In this document: positions 36,422 to 49,317 of the stretch, one piece after another
Layout of the letters: each line of letters starts with the position of its first letter
Numbering within the stretch: position 1 is the stretch's first letter
From: Squalus acanthias
Taxonomy: Eukaryota
DNA length: 64,000 bases
Assembly (NCBI GenBank): GCA_030390025.1
Contig: CM059433.1
Location: forward strand, 13,580,001-13,644,000
Direction: 5' to 3'
Made by a program: the position numbers and the translations under genes
Notes under the pieces: model-generated
What the model was told of the DNA's origin: nothing
Database searches by the model: none
What the model saw: the letters and a program-made list of their open reading frames with translations, nothing else

Positions 36422-37115
36422 GGGGGTTGATTTTAACTCCCTGCGATTGTCCAGTACGCGGGGGATGGGGTGAAGACAAAATGCACTTGCAGGCCCAGAT
36501 TGCAGGCCTGGGGTATTTTAACGCTTGGGCTTCATCTGCGTGCTGCCAGTCAGCTGCCCGCCCAGAGCGGGAGGAAAGTGGGATCTGGCCTCTGCACGCG
36601 GAATGGACGTTCAGGTGGCTGGAGACGACCGGATGGCACCAAAGGAGGGAACGAGTCACGAAGAGGGAGTTTCGGGAGGGTCTCATGGGAGGGAAGTGAG
36701 TGGGGGAGAGTGCCAAACTGTGGAGGCTGCGACTTTGCTGGTGGGGCTTGGAGGAGAACTCCTGCTCCTCGTAGCCCTACAAAGGAAAGATTTCCACTTA
36801 CTTTGGCGGCATCTTCCTCCTCTCGACAGCTGTTCTGACCTGCTTTCACCTGGTGGGGAAGCCGCAGTGACTTCCCTGCTCAGGTCGGAGTTTAAATCCG
36901 ATCGGGATTCCAATGACGTAATGGGACATCTGATTTACTTAAATTTATGAGGTCCCCTTCTACTACTGGCAAGCGCCTCAGCCACCCAACTCCAGTGAGC
37001 AGTTAAAATGGTGGCCAGTGGGATGCCAGCGGAAGTGGGGCAATAATGCTGAACGCTCTATTTTAAAGGCCACCTCGCCCTATTCCCACTGAGGAATGTG
37101 GGTAAAAATTCCCGC
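36422..37115. mobile_element. Harbinger-type MITE
   Basis: GGGGGTTGATTTTAAC ... GGTAAAAATTCCC imperfect TIR. Internal motifs shared with 40949-41590 and 42931-43520. Confidence 0.6.
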
Positions 37116-37154
37116 GCACTTCCCCCCCCTCCACCCCAACAATTGTGATCTGTA

Positions 37155-38078
37155 GGGGTTATGTCACTGGGCTAGTAATCCAGAAGTCTGGACTAATGAT
37201 CTGGAGACATGATTTCAAATCCTGCCATGGCAGCTGGGGAATTTAAATTCGGTAAATTAATTAAATAAATCTGGAATAAAAGATAGTATCAGTAATGGTG
37301 ACCATGAAAATACCGGATTGTCGTAAAAACCCATCTGCTTCACTAATGTCCTTTCGGGAAGAAAATCTGCCGTCCTTACCTGGTCTGGCCTATATGTGAC
37401 TCCAGACCCACAGTAATGTGGTTGTCTCTTAACTGCCCTCTGAAATGGCCTAGCAAGCCACTCAGTTGTATCAAAACCGCTACGAAAATCTATAATAAGA
37501 ATAAAACCAGACGAACCACACGGCATCGACCTAGGCACTGGATTCGGCCACGGAAAAGGCACACCCAGCCCAGTCGACCCTGCAAAGTCCTCCTAATTAA
37601 CATTTGGGGACTTGTGCCAAAATTGGGAGAGCTGTCCCACAGACTAGTCAAGCAACAGCCTGACATAGTCATATTCACTCCCTCCACCACTGGCGTACCG
37701 TGGCTGCAGTGTGTACCATCTACAAGATGCACTGCAGCAACTCACCAAGGCTTCTTCAGCAGCACTTCGCAAACCCGCGACCTCTACCACCTAGAAGGAC
37801 ACGGGCAGCAGGCGCATGGGAACACCACCACCTCCAAGTTCCCCTCCAAGTCACACACCATCCTGACTTGGAAGTATATCGCCGCTCCTTCATTGTCGCT
37901 GGGTCAAAATCCTGGAACTCCCTACCTAACAGCACTGTGGGAGTACCTTCACCACACGGACTGCAGCGGTTCAAGAAGGTGGCTCACCACCACCTTCTCA
38001 AGTGCAACTAGGGATGGGCAATAAATGCTGGGCTTGCCAACGACACCCTGATCCCAGGAATGAATAATAAAAAAAAAT
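37155..38078 (+). mobile_element. Internally deleted CR1-group LINE with tRNA/SINE-like 5' head
   Basis: Head with B-box-like tttcaaatcc. Start of APE endonuclease (VLLINIWGLVPKLGELSHRLVKQQPDIVI) joined at ~37677 directly to the ORF2 C-terminus (HSLHH..VAAVCTIYKMH..SWNSLP). 3' UTR matches 3852-4030 and 51040-51445 (reverse complement). Confidence 0.78.
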
Positions 38079-38600
38079 ATCTTTATATCCTTGGTGGACT
38101 AATTGGATTTGTGACTGGTGCTTTAATGGCTCATTGCCCACTTATTCCTGATTTACTTCTGGTAGTTATATTGGTTGGAAAGGAATTGAGATGCCAGAAG
38201 CTATAGCTGTAGTTCAAAATGATGTTCGTGGCTGCACCATTATAGACGGGTACATTACACATTTTCAATCTGCTCCTGCTTGTTCCTCTGGAATCAGTTC
38301 GGTGGCTGATTGAAGTCTTGTTGCAGCCACTGCCAATTGTCTGTTTATATGTGCTAATTTGTTTCTCCCCTATTTGGTGTCATTTATCCTCTTCTTATCA
38401 TTGGTTTTCTTATAAGAAGTGTCATACCAATAAATTGAGCTTTCTACTTCAGCATCTCTTTGGCTCATTTTGACCTCCTGGTCAGTAAACTGCTCCTTTT
38501 CCAGTTTTGAAGACAGGTTGTCCACGCTTGAATGTACAGGAGCCATTCTGCCTCATTAGTTTGCAAACATCATACACGGGTGTTCAGTGAATTAACGCTA

Positions 38601-39503
38601 TGGCTGGAATTTTCTCAAGGGAGGCAGGTTGGGGCGGGTGGCCTCCGAGGTGGGCGGGAAACCCGGGAGGCCGGGTTTCCTGCAGGCCCTGCCTGATTTG
38701 AATCTGAGGCCTCGGATTCCCGCCCGCAGCCAGCCAGCTTGAGAGGCTGGCTGGCTGCGGGTGGGTAGGCCTCAGAAGCGAGGGGTCAGGATCGCGGGGG
38801 GGCGGGGTGGGTCGGCCAGGGATCGGGGGGAGGGGGTTTGACCAGGGATCGGGGGGGGGGGGTGGGGGGGAATTGGCCAGGGATCGAGGGGGCGTGCCGG
38901 CCAGAGATTGAGATGGGTGGGGGGTGGGGGGGGTTCGGTCAGGGATCGGGGGAGAGGGTGTTCAGCCAGGGATCGGGGAGGGGGGGTTGGCCAGGGATTG
39001 TGGGGGGGGGGGGGGTTCAGCCAGGGATCGGGAGGGGGGAAGAGAGAATCGGGGCCAGCCTCATCATCATCGTTGGGTGTGGGGGGAGGCCTGGGGTGGG
39101 TGATCGGAGGCCTCATGATGGTGTCTCCAATCGAGGGGGGTGGGTTAGTCAGGGACCCTGGATGCAGGAGGTAGGTATAAAGCCACTTACCTCCTGGATG
39201 CAGCAGTCCCTGCCTCGGTTTAACTGCCGGGTTTCATGAATTGTGTGAAACCCGTCCACAGGCAGTTAAACACAAAATGGACGGGGAAAAAGAGGCTGCT
39301 AGCCTCATTATAATATTTAAATTAAGGCAACGCCCCCTGGGAGTGGGTCGGTCACCCAACCCCCGCCCCGCCCCCTGTCCCGCCTCCAGCAAAACTGGAA
39401 GTAGGCGGGTTGGAGGCGGGATCAGGTCGGGAATCCCATTTTTAATAATTTGACTGCCCCCACGCTCCAAACCCACCCGTTTTTTCAGGGGACAGTTTCG
39501 GCC
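38601..39503 (+). mobile_element. Harbinger-type MITE (family of 8700-9696 and 20347-22594)
   Basis: Homologous arms, short degenerate GCCAGGGATCGGGGG repeats in the centre, internal hairpin at 39158-39203. Confidence 0.75.
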
Positions 39504-39810
39504 GATGCATCTGATAAAGCTGCACCAAGCGCACAAATGAATACCACTGATTCCCGTTACACAGATGCGAACAGCAAGGATACAACCCCAAAAGTCAAAT
39601 ATACGTGAGGCCAAAACAATTGTGGAATTGGTTTTGTACAATTACGATGCAAAATATTTGAACAAATCACCTCAACATCTATTCACTCTAGATTCAAAAA
39701 GTAACTAAGTTACGGAAAATATTTCATTAATCAGGAATATTTCAAAAGGAGAAGGGTTTCAATTAATTGCTCGTGCACTGAGGGAATAGGGTCTGTACAT
39801 TTGTACTTAC

Positions 39811-39907
39811 CTTTGCTTTAGAGCTAAGAGCCCCAGTACAATGAAGCAACAGAGGACGACCGCTAAAATGATGCAAGCCGCTGAAGCTTTAGATAGTCTG
39901 CCAGAGT
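39811..39907 (-). CDS. TPO: Thyroid peroxidase, transmembrane exon (equivalent to exon 15)
   Basis: 97-nt exon with acceptor ttctatttcttAG and donor GTAAGT, phase 1/2. Translates (D)SGRLSKASAACIILAVVLCCFIVLGLLALKQ(R). The DSGRL start followed by a hydrophobic helix matches the TPO TM exon (human DSGRLPR...). Confidence 0.9.
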
Positions 39908-40948
39908 CTAAGAAATAGAAATGCTATGTTAGACAATGTCAAAGTGTCAGGCATACTATATTTGCAGAATACTCCTGAGAATAAAGGCTTTACAAATACA
40001 TGCCTAATGGTTCAGCCTCCTTTCTGTTCCACACCAAGGAAAACATCTTTCTGCATGTGTAATTGTCACTCTTCAGGATTTTTAAACCATATTTCCACAG
40101 AAAAGATTTGAAAAAAGTCACGTTTAAATGCAAATTTCTTTTTAAAAGCAAAGTGTATTCATACAAGTTAAAGAAAAGGCACTGAAATGTTAGATGGTCA
40201 AAATGCTAATGAGCTAAGCTTTAGTATTCTTTCCCTATAGAATGTAAATAATAAACCGTGTGTTATTTTTCCGGGCAAACGATAAACGCTTCGCACCCAA
40301 TGTGTTGGGAGGTCTCGGGACCTGGGCACTGGGGAGAGGGTAGTCTGACAGGCCTTCCTTTCTGCCTGCGAACACAGGGAGATAAATATAGAGATAGAGA
40401 CGCAGGCGGTCAGTCAGGTGCAGCAAAGGCTGCAAAAATGAGTCAGGTTTTTAAAACAGAAAGCTGTGGAAGGCAAGCTTTGGCCAAGCTCAGAAGGAGA
40501 ATGCGAGAGGGTCGTTAGAAGTAATTTTGTTTAAATCGCAAGGCAGCCCACTGATGTGGGAATACTTAGCCTGTCCATTGTTTTGCTTCATTACTTGGAG
40601 ACAACCTATACTGATTGAATTAAGTGACCCCCAAGTCTTAACTGTTGCTCTGTATGAAAGCAGCTGAATGATTTGTAACTAGCCTTATCATACCAAATGT
40701 TTACTTGGTCCACCCTTAAAAAAGATTGGAAAGGGATGTTGGGACTCATGTAAAAGACATGAATATCAGATCACAAGGGGCTACTATTGTTTCACTCTTG
40801 GGCTACCAAATCGTATGGTTATTGGGCAGTACCAGAACACCCCCCCTAATTTAAGATGCTCAGACTGCTTACAGGAGTGACTAGCACTGCTGTGTCTGAG
40901 AGAAGATCTAAGACAAGAACCTGAACTTATAACTGTACTGAATTATCA

Positions 40949-41590
40949 GGGTCGATTTTAACTCCCCTGCCCGGCGGAAACTGTATGGGGGAGATGGGGG
41001 GGGCAGTTAAATGAAGCTGGGGAGATAGCCACTCCATTCCCGTCCCCATCTAGCCAACTACCGGCGGGGTCATTCTTTATATATGCAGATCGGGATGCAA
41101 TGACGTAATCGGGAGCCCGACTGCTAATTTTACCTGAGACCTGAGCGGGGTGGGGAGGGGGGGGGGGATGTGGTAGCTACCCCACCAGGCCAAAGCTGCT
41201 GGGATCTGGATCCAGGGCCAGAAGAGGCCCAAGTGATGTAAAAATGTAACATTTTTACTTTTATTTTTTACAGGTTTCTTTGTGGGCCAGGAGGAGCAGG
41301 TATCCTCCGGGTCCCCACAAGGAAACCCTTAGGCCTCCCCTGCCCTGGGCTTTCCTCCATCCATGATTCCACTCCGATCCAATTACCCTGTGCCGCGGAC
41401 CGCCCGATTTTATTGGCCGGGCAGCCGCTTCCCGCCGACTCTCTGACCGTTTTGGTCGGGAAATCGGCAGGCCGTATGCAAATGAGGCCCGGCCTATTAA
41501 AATCGGCTGAGCCTCCCTGCTCCACTCCCGAATGGACTGGCCCCTCGCTGGGCTGCGTTTCCACCCCCCCCCCACCCACCGGAGTATCAC
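40949..41590. mobile_element. Harbinger-type MITE remnant
   Basis: Starts GGGTCGATTTTAACTCC like 36422. Internal atcgggatgcaatgacgtaat motif. Confidence 0.55.
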
Positions 41591-42930
41591 CAGACTAAAT
41601 ACAAAAAAATCTCTTTCACATATCTCGGGCTTTCACAATGGTGGTTTTATACATTTTGAAACAAACCTGCATTGGGTAAATACTAACTGCACCTGAGATT
41701 TTCATAGTCTGCTATTATCCTGCAGATTTTAGATATGACCAATAGTTGTATAACGCTCTAAAGTCAAAAGGACATTTGAGAATTGCAGTCAGTCCAGTGA
41801 TTGTGTTATCCAATGCTTGTGATAAATACAATGAAAATTGATGAAAGGTTTCACTTAAATTGACAAGCCAGCAAATAAGCAATAGCCACTGCTTTGAGTT
41901 GCCTGTTGAAGTAATTTAATAGAGAAGGGTGAAACATATTTTCTGCCATGGAATTGCTTTTCAACCAGTCACATGTAGGTTTTAGCGCAAAGATAAATTT
42001 TTATCTATATATATATATATATATATATTACTCAGTCTATTTCAGTCTAACAGAACCAAGCATGTAACCCTTTCCTTTCCATTCCTACCATTTACCCTAG
42101 AAAACATTCCAGCATTTTTTCTTTGGAGCTTCATGCTACCTCCATCTAATACACTTTAAACTCCTCACCATGGCTTCGGTTCAAACAGCCATAATGAGAT
42201 CCCCCTTCCTGTTAGGCTTTTCCCCCTTCCTAAGCGTTCAGCTTCAGCAGCTTTTAACCCAGTGATCCTCACTCCACTTATCCCTGTCCAATAATATTCC
42301 CTCAGGCATCTTTCATCCACTTAACCACGAAAGGCTTCCTCTGTGATTAGTAGACTGCAATTATAGGGATGGAAGATTTCAGTCACTTTGGGTCCAGAAA
42401 GCAGGAGATGCTAGATAGAAAAGTAGTGACACAATACTGGACAGATGATTGTGCAACACAGGCACCACAAGGTACAAAATGCAGTTATTATATTTCATAA
42501 GTTCAGCTTGTTACCGTACAATACAGCGCAGCACTGCCAACCACTGCAATACATGACTTGGGGAAGCACAAAATCAAGTAGACCATGAAATTGAAGTTAA
42601 TAATTGTTTTATTTTCAACTATCTGTATCTTTTATGCTTAACCTCAAGGAATGTCTTCCTCGGGCACCTCCAAAAATGCATGATGTCATTAGTCGGGGTC
42701 AAAGTTTACAGCAGTCTTGTGGTGCTGGGCAATGAGCTTTGGCTACTAAATTTTGAACGTTGTTACCCAAGTTGGCTACTTTTATTTCCACGACGTTGAG
42801 CACATCACATTGACAGCGAATGTTTGTGCTGATCTCCACGTGGCTAATATTGATTCTATGGAGACGTTACCAGATTAAGAAGCACACAATGGTAAACAGA
42901 GCTAATGATAACTACCAATAAAATCAAAGA

Positions 42931-43520
42931 GGGCAATTTCTGTGTTGCTATCACCCCACTTGTTTTTAAAAATAGGGCGGCAGTGGGTTCAAAATCAAAT
43001 GGTGGGTCATCACCCTAACTTGTCTCTGCTTTGCCATCTGTCTGGGTTTTCGGGCGGACCTCCATCCTGGTGACTGGAGTTCACGTCAGAAACAGGAGGG
43101 ATACATACATGAAACATGTGTGAAAATCGGAGTCAAAATGATGCAGTTAAGACCATAGCGCCATCTTCGCAACACTCCTGCTCACCCCAGCTCCACAAAG
43201 GAAACGTTTGACTTAGCTGGAAGGCCTCTACGCCCTTCCCATCAGCTGCCCACCTCCTTCAGCCTGGTGCGTAAGCCACGGTGACTCCGCCACTCAGGCC
43301 CCGGTTAAAAAGCCATTGGGATCCCATTGACGCCATAAGACCCTGATTAGCATTTATGGATGAAGCTCCTGCCTCAGTCTGGCAGGCACCTCACCCGCCG
43401 CCAAATCCAGCGGCCTTAAAATCAGAACTTGGTGGGAACAAAGCAGGAAATGGCGGCGATTCATTGTAATTGCTCACCCGCTACCCTTCTGCACAGCGGC
43501 GAGAGTTAAAATTCCCCCCC
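42931..43520. mobile_element. Harbinger-type MITE remnant
   Basis: Ends GAGTTAAAATTCCCCCC; starts GGGCAATTTC. Confidence 0.55.
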
Positions 43521-44723
43521 ATTTAGCTGCTGTTTGATTTTATTTTTGCATTGAGCCATTTTCCTGTTTTCTCATTCTCTGTGAAACGGTGCTTCCTTGA
43601 AAAGGTTGCAATGATCTTTGACGTGACATTTCTTCATGAACTTTGGAGCATTTCAGTGTCATTGAGCACAGATTGAAAATTCAATGTGATTTTACGCATT
43701 GATCACAAGACAATTGATCAGCTGACATTGATATTTGACTTTAAAACATTTAATAACTGCCTCACTAATTGGTTGAGGTCACAGCTTGGTATTTGGCAAT
43801 AACACCACAATGGTACATGCTCAAACTTTTAACTTCAGGATGACAAGGGCAGTTGTCAACAAACGTGAGAGGTTTGCAAATTTATGACTTTTTTTGTTCT
43901 TTTTTGCACCCACTGAGGCTGGTTTTCATTCCATCTACCGGGTGGGAATGGGAGGGCTAGTGTAATAAAAATCAAGGCACAACACCTACCGCTCCGCTTC
44001 CCCTGACGTCTGGCCTGCCTGGATTGTTGAGTTGGGCTTTTATATAGGCGAGCAGCGCCCTTGTCTGAAACAGGCAGGAGCCTACTTACTATATGCAAAT
44101 CGGGGTCCGAAGGCACGTGTAGGACCCCGATACAATTTTGGGCACCCATCCCACAAGCCCCGCCCAGTGGAACTGTACATAGAGCAGCCGAACCAGCCGT
44201 TCTTAAAAGGGCCGCTGGAGGTGGCTCCAAAAATACTGCAAGTAAGTTACCACAATGATATTTGTGGAGCCAGGAGCAGCATCGATATTACTACTGGCTC
44301 CACAAAAATCTTTCTGCCCTCTGCCAGTCCTTCCACTGCCCACCACCATTGTTATCGCCTGCCACCTTCCTCCATAATATGTCCCTGCCGCTCGGCTCTG
44401 ATCAACAGGTTGCCTAACCACGTTGGAAAGGCTTAATGTTCACCAGGCTCGTTCTTGGAGATGATTATTTTCACCTTGTAATTCTGAGGGGGGAAAGTGA
44501 TGTGTGTGTTACTTGTATATTGTTAACTAAATGGCCGCGCGATGGGAGTAAGCATATTTTAGCAATTACACTCCAATGACGCCTCTTGTATTGTTTTTGT
44601 TATTCTTTGACAGGATATTCTAGAGGGTCTGGAAATAAAAGCAGCTAGTTTTTAACACACCAATTTGTGTGTTTATTCAGACATAACATGTCCGTGCACT
44701 GGCCAAACCTAATATCCAACTGA

Positions 44724-46505
44724 TCAGGTTGGCAGGCTGTAACTAGTGGGGTGCCGCAAGGATCAGTGTTGGGGCCTCAGCTATTTACAATCTATATTAA
44801 TGACCTAGATGAAGGGACCGAGTGTAATGTATCCAAGTTTGCTGATGATACAAAGCTAGGTGGGACAGTAAGCTGTGAAGCGAACACAAAGAGCTCGATT
44901 TTGCCAGGCCCGAGGAGGCGGGAATGGAGGCGTGTGGGGTGTTAAAATTGCAAAAAATGGTGGGCGGGCCCAACCCCGCCTCCATCCCGCCTCCGAGCAA
45001 TTTTCCCAAATGCGTGGTTTCTGATCCCGTATCCGTCCCGCCTCCAAGAGGCGGGATAGGCCCTTAAGGCCCTTAACAACCACTTAATTGCCTCTATCAT
45101 CCCATTTTGAGAGGCCTTTCTGATTTTAACACTTTTCCGACGTGATGCACGCCTCCTCTGAAACACGACGGTGAAACCTGGTGGTATCACACTTGGATTG
45201 CTGACTATCAGCTGCAGCTCCACCATTAAAAAGGAGATTTGATCAATCATCATTCTGGGGTAACTTTTAGCAGACATAACCATTGTTGTGGAAGTTTGGA
45301 GCCTGAGTGGTGGTGGTGGTAAAAAACAAATCTGGGAGCAGACTTAGGTCTCCTGCTGCTCATTCTGCCTCCAACTCCCTCTCACAGCAAAGGCCAAAAG
45401 GTTGGCAGTCTTTGCAGACCTTAAATGCAGCAGCAATGATGACATCATCAGAGGCGACTTTCAGACTGAAAAAACTAATTGGGTCATGGGTTCCCACATG
45501 CTGGAACTCAATTGCCCAATTAGGGAAAAATCACATAATTCTCCCACATCCAATTGGAGTCGGGTGGCTAACACGAAAAGTGGATGACACGACCCTAGCC
45601 CGCCCCAATGACAAAATCGAGCCCACAGAGTCTGCAAAGGGATATAGATAGACTAAGTGAGTGGGCAGTCAGGTGGCAGATGGAGTATAATGTAGGGAAA
45701 TGTGAGGTTATTCGCTTTGGTAGGAGGAATAGAAAAACAGAATATTTTTTAAATGGTGAGAAACTTTCAAATGTTGGTGTTCAGAGAGATTTGGGTGTCC
45801 TCGAGCAAGAAACACAGAAAGCTAGCATGCAGGTACAGCAAGCAATAAGGAAGGGAAATGGCATGTTGGCCTTTATTGCAAGGGGGTTGGAGTATAAGAG
45901 TAAGGAATTCTTGCTACAATTGTACAGGGCCTTGGTGAGAGCACACCTGGAGTACTGTGCACAGTTTTGGTCTCCTTATCTAAGGAAGGATATACTTGCC
46001 TTGGATGTGGTGCAACGAAGGTTCACTAGATTGATTCCTGGGATGAGAGGGCTGTCCTATGATGAGAGATTGTGTAGAATGGGCCTATACTCTCTGGAGT
46101 TTAGAAGAACGAGAGGTGACCTCATTGAAACATACAAGATTCTGAAGGGGATTGACAGGGTAGATGCTGAGAGGTTGTTTCCCCTGGCTGGAGTGTCTAG
46201 AACTAGGGGGCATAGTCTCAGGATAAGGGGTCGGCCATTTAAGACTGAGATGAGGAGGAATTTCTTCACTCAGAGGGTTGTGAATCTTTGGAATTCTCTG
46301 CCCCAGAGGACTGTGAATGCTGAATCTTTAAATATATTCAAGGTTGAGATAGATAGATTTTTGGACTCTAGGGGAATCAAGGGATATGGAGATCGGGCGG
46401 AAAAGTGGAGTTGAGGTCGATGATCAGCCATGATCTTATTGAATGGTGGAGCAGGCTCGAGGAACTGTATGGCCTACTCCCGCTCTTATTTCTTATGTTC
46501 TTATG
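44724..46505 (+). mobile_element. CR1 LINE (RT domain to 3' end) interrupted by a MITE
   Basis: [32 protein letters not shown] at 44748-44890 resumes SLQRDIDRLSEWA..WQMEYNVGKC at 45628 and runs open to the stop at 46414. TTCTTATG tail. Confidence 0.93.
44891..45624. mobile_element. Harbinger-type MITE inserted in CR1 RT
   Basis: TIR GAGCTCGATTTTG / CAAAATCGAGCCC, 3-bp flanks AAA/ACA; CR1 sequence rejoins on removal. Confidence 0.85.
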
Positions 46506-47654
46506 ATTACCTGCTCTAAGCTCTTGGCTCAATCCTTGTCAAGGAATGACCTCAGCCTTGTGAATGTGTAATACCACCCAAATGTACAGAATAGCATAAG
46601 AACTCAAGATATATATCTGCAGGCAGCAAAGAATGTGTAATGCAGCATGCATTTTGCATTGTACTATGACCTGACAGAACCTGTAAATTGTGTACAACAC
46701 AATAAGGTAGCAAATAAACTATTTGAAGTAAGTAACTATGGAGCATTTACTCGAAACAGCCATTATTATTTTTGTTGATTGAAATAAGTAAATGTTTTTT
46801 TTACAATATATGGAGAGAAAGAATGGCAGAGGGTAGAGAAAGAGAGAGCAAGAAAGGGGACAAGGTTGTAGGACAAGTCACTCAATGCGCAATTTATCCA
46901 TTAGGTGATAAGGACTGACTAATAGGATCATACAGCTAAGAGTGAGTTTTCTAGGTTGTGTAAATGAATTAGATAAATTCTGTATTCAGCACTTTACCAC
47001 AGAATCATTTGATTAAACCATAAATGTACTGTAGTATGCAACAATATTAGAATTACATTAAAATAACATTTTACTTTCTTATGATATCAATCTTATTTTA
47101 GTACAGGTTACTGAAAGTGTCCAGGACACTTTTAATATCTCCTGTATTTTTATGAAAATGGATTAGCTTCTTTTCAAAAGATGTGATCAACCATCTGGAA
47201 AATCTTGTTTGCACCAATTAAGGTTAGAAACAATAGGCAGATATAAGCCTATTTTAGTAACACATTATGGAGCACATTAAAATGTCTGGTTCTGTGACAT
47301 TTTGTCACTCTAAATCTTACAAAAATATTTAATCAGCACTAGAATGGATCCTTATCGCTAACTAATGGTAATGGATACATTTCTCGCTTTAGTTCTTTTC
47401 TAGCTTATAAATCTATATGTATCATTTACAGTGCCAATGACGCAGAGATAGAAGCTTAGCTTAGCTCAGGGACAAGTTATTAAATGGACAACTTTCATAG
47501 CATTGGGAGTAGATCTGAGAACCGCATCAATATTGGAATACACTCAGATGGCTCAGTGGGTGAATACACTCAGTGCGGCATTTATCCACATACACCAAAA
47601 AGGTACCAGGTTCAATCCCTGACCCGTCCCAAATTAGCTGACCTCAGCTTGGTC

Positions 47655-49317
47655 TGTGGCGGGCGACGTCGGTGGCGGGTCCCGATCCCACTGCTGCTCC
47701 AGCCCACTGTCAAAAATGAATTTCCCTTGATAGGGCTTGTTAAGCCCGCCCAGCGTGTTTCCCGGCCAATTAGAGGAAGCGGGTCCGGTGATGTCATTTG
47801 ATGGCGCGTCATCAGCTGGTTTCCTTAAACATCCAACTTTAATTTGACATTTGTGCTGTCAGTGTTCTACAGCAATGAAATGCTGCAAACACTGACAGTC
47901 ACTGCACAAAGGCACAGGGCTGCACCCAGGCTGTCCCATTCCGATGGGCGGAAGAGACCTCCCCAGGAGATCAACACAGCCTGGTTGCACATTGCACAGG
48001 AGAGCACAAGCAGGGATGTGGTGAGGAGAACCTGGGTGCGGTGCCGCAAATGTTTCAATGATCTCAGTAGATCACAAAATGTTAGTGCAAAGCCACATTC
48101 AACCTCATCCTGCTGTGCCTCTCATCACATCCCCATCACTCTGTCTTCCCTACCCTACTCCTGCACATCCTCACTCACACCAACTTACCTTGCACCTCCA
48201 CCCATCCCTCTCTCTCTATCTACATTATCACATCCCCATCTCACTAGCCACCCCTCACACTCACCCTCATCCTAGTGCAATCATACCAACTAACAACACA
48301 CAAGGGTAGGCATTTGGTTGGTTTATGCAATGTCCATGTAAAGTTTCTGTTACTGTGGTGTCAAACATTGAAACCTTTATTTTCAACACTTTGCGTTCTT
48401 GGACAGATTTGTCTGCACCTTTGGAAGTGGCTTAGTGAGTTGCAGTGAATGGTGAGACGTAATGGTACCCCCCCCCCCCCCTCCAATGGTGATGAGTATG
48501 AAAGGAATGGCTTGGGCATTGTAGGGATGCTTTATGGTGTTGGTGTAGGGTGGTGCCAACCTGGCACATCATGTGGCAGCCAGGGTGTACAGGGTCAAGT
48601 GAAGTAAATCTGGCCATGGTAAGGCCACCCGGGCAGCAATGTGGTCGGGTGCTAATGCCCTCTATCCTGTACAGCATCAGTTGATTGCGGAGAAAGTTGG
48701 TGTTGTTGTTGGTGCTGCTGGTGTTGGGGCTGATCGTGGTGGGATTCTGAGGACCAAGGTGAGAGAGTATAAAGGGCACCCATGCTGATGGAATAGATGG
48801 CAGGTGAAGTAGAGATGACAGAAGCGATCTGTCAATGGTGAGAGAGGTAATGAAGTCAGACTGGATGGAGACTTGTGTAATGACTTGCAGCATGATGAAT
48901 CTGGTGTGGAAATGCAGAGAGGAAGAGCTTGTGGCTGAGGGAAGATATCTCTGTAAGGTGGGAGCTTTTACTTGACATTTGAAGCTGTCAACTCATCAGC
49001 TGATTCAATGGCCACTGACCTCCCGCCTCAGCTTCACAGACGTGGTCTAGCACCAGCATGAAACCCATGGGCGAGCTGTCAAATTCAAAAGGTCAGTTTA
49101 AAACCATTGTTAAGTGGTTGTAAACAAGCCACGAATCATTTAAATTAGCACCCCCGCCGCTGTGAGTTGGGTCTGCTGAGCACTCACAGACCCGACATTT
49201 GCTAAAGGTGTGTGGCAGTGGTTTCACAGCGGGGTCCCGACCTGCTGGGGAAAAAAAACACTTTTCCTCCTGAACTGCCACCAATCGCACCTGCTGACCC
49301 CCTGGAAAATCTCAGCC
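47655..49317 (+). mobile_element. Non-autonomous Harbinger derivative with Myb/SANT exon remnant, nested in an old SINE (47545-47655, 49320-49480)
   Basis: SDGRKRPPQEINTAWLHIAQE..RRTWVRCRKCFNDL parallels the 14570 exon. Right end GGAAAATCTCAGCC. 48540-49317 is homologous to 62650-63402. Confidence 0.75.

Noticed and set aside
42767..42855. Possible minus-strand exon INISHVEISTNIRCQCDVLNVVEIKVANL
   Set aside because: Start phase is incompatible with the EGF exon, the donor is weak, and the EGF and TM exons already join directly as expected for TPO.
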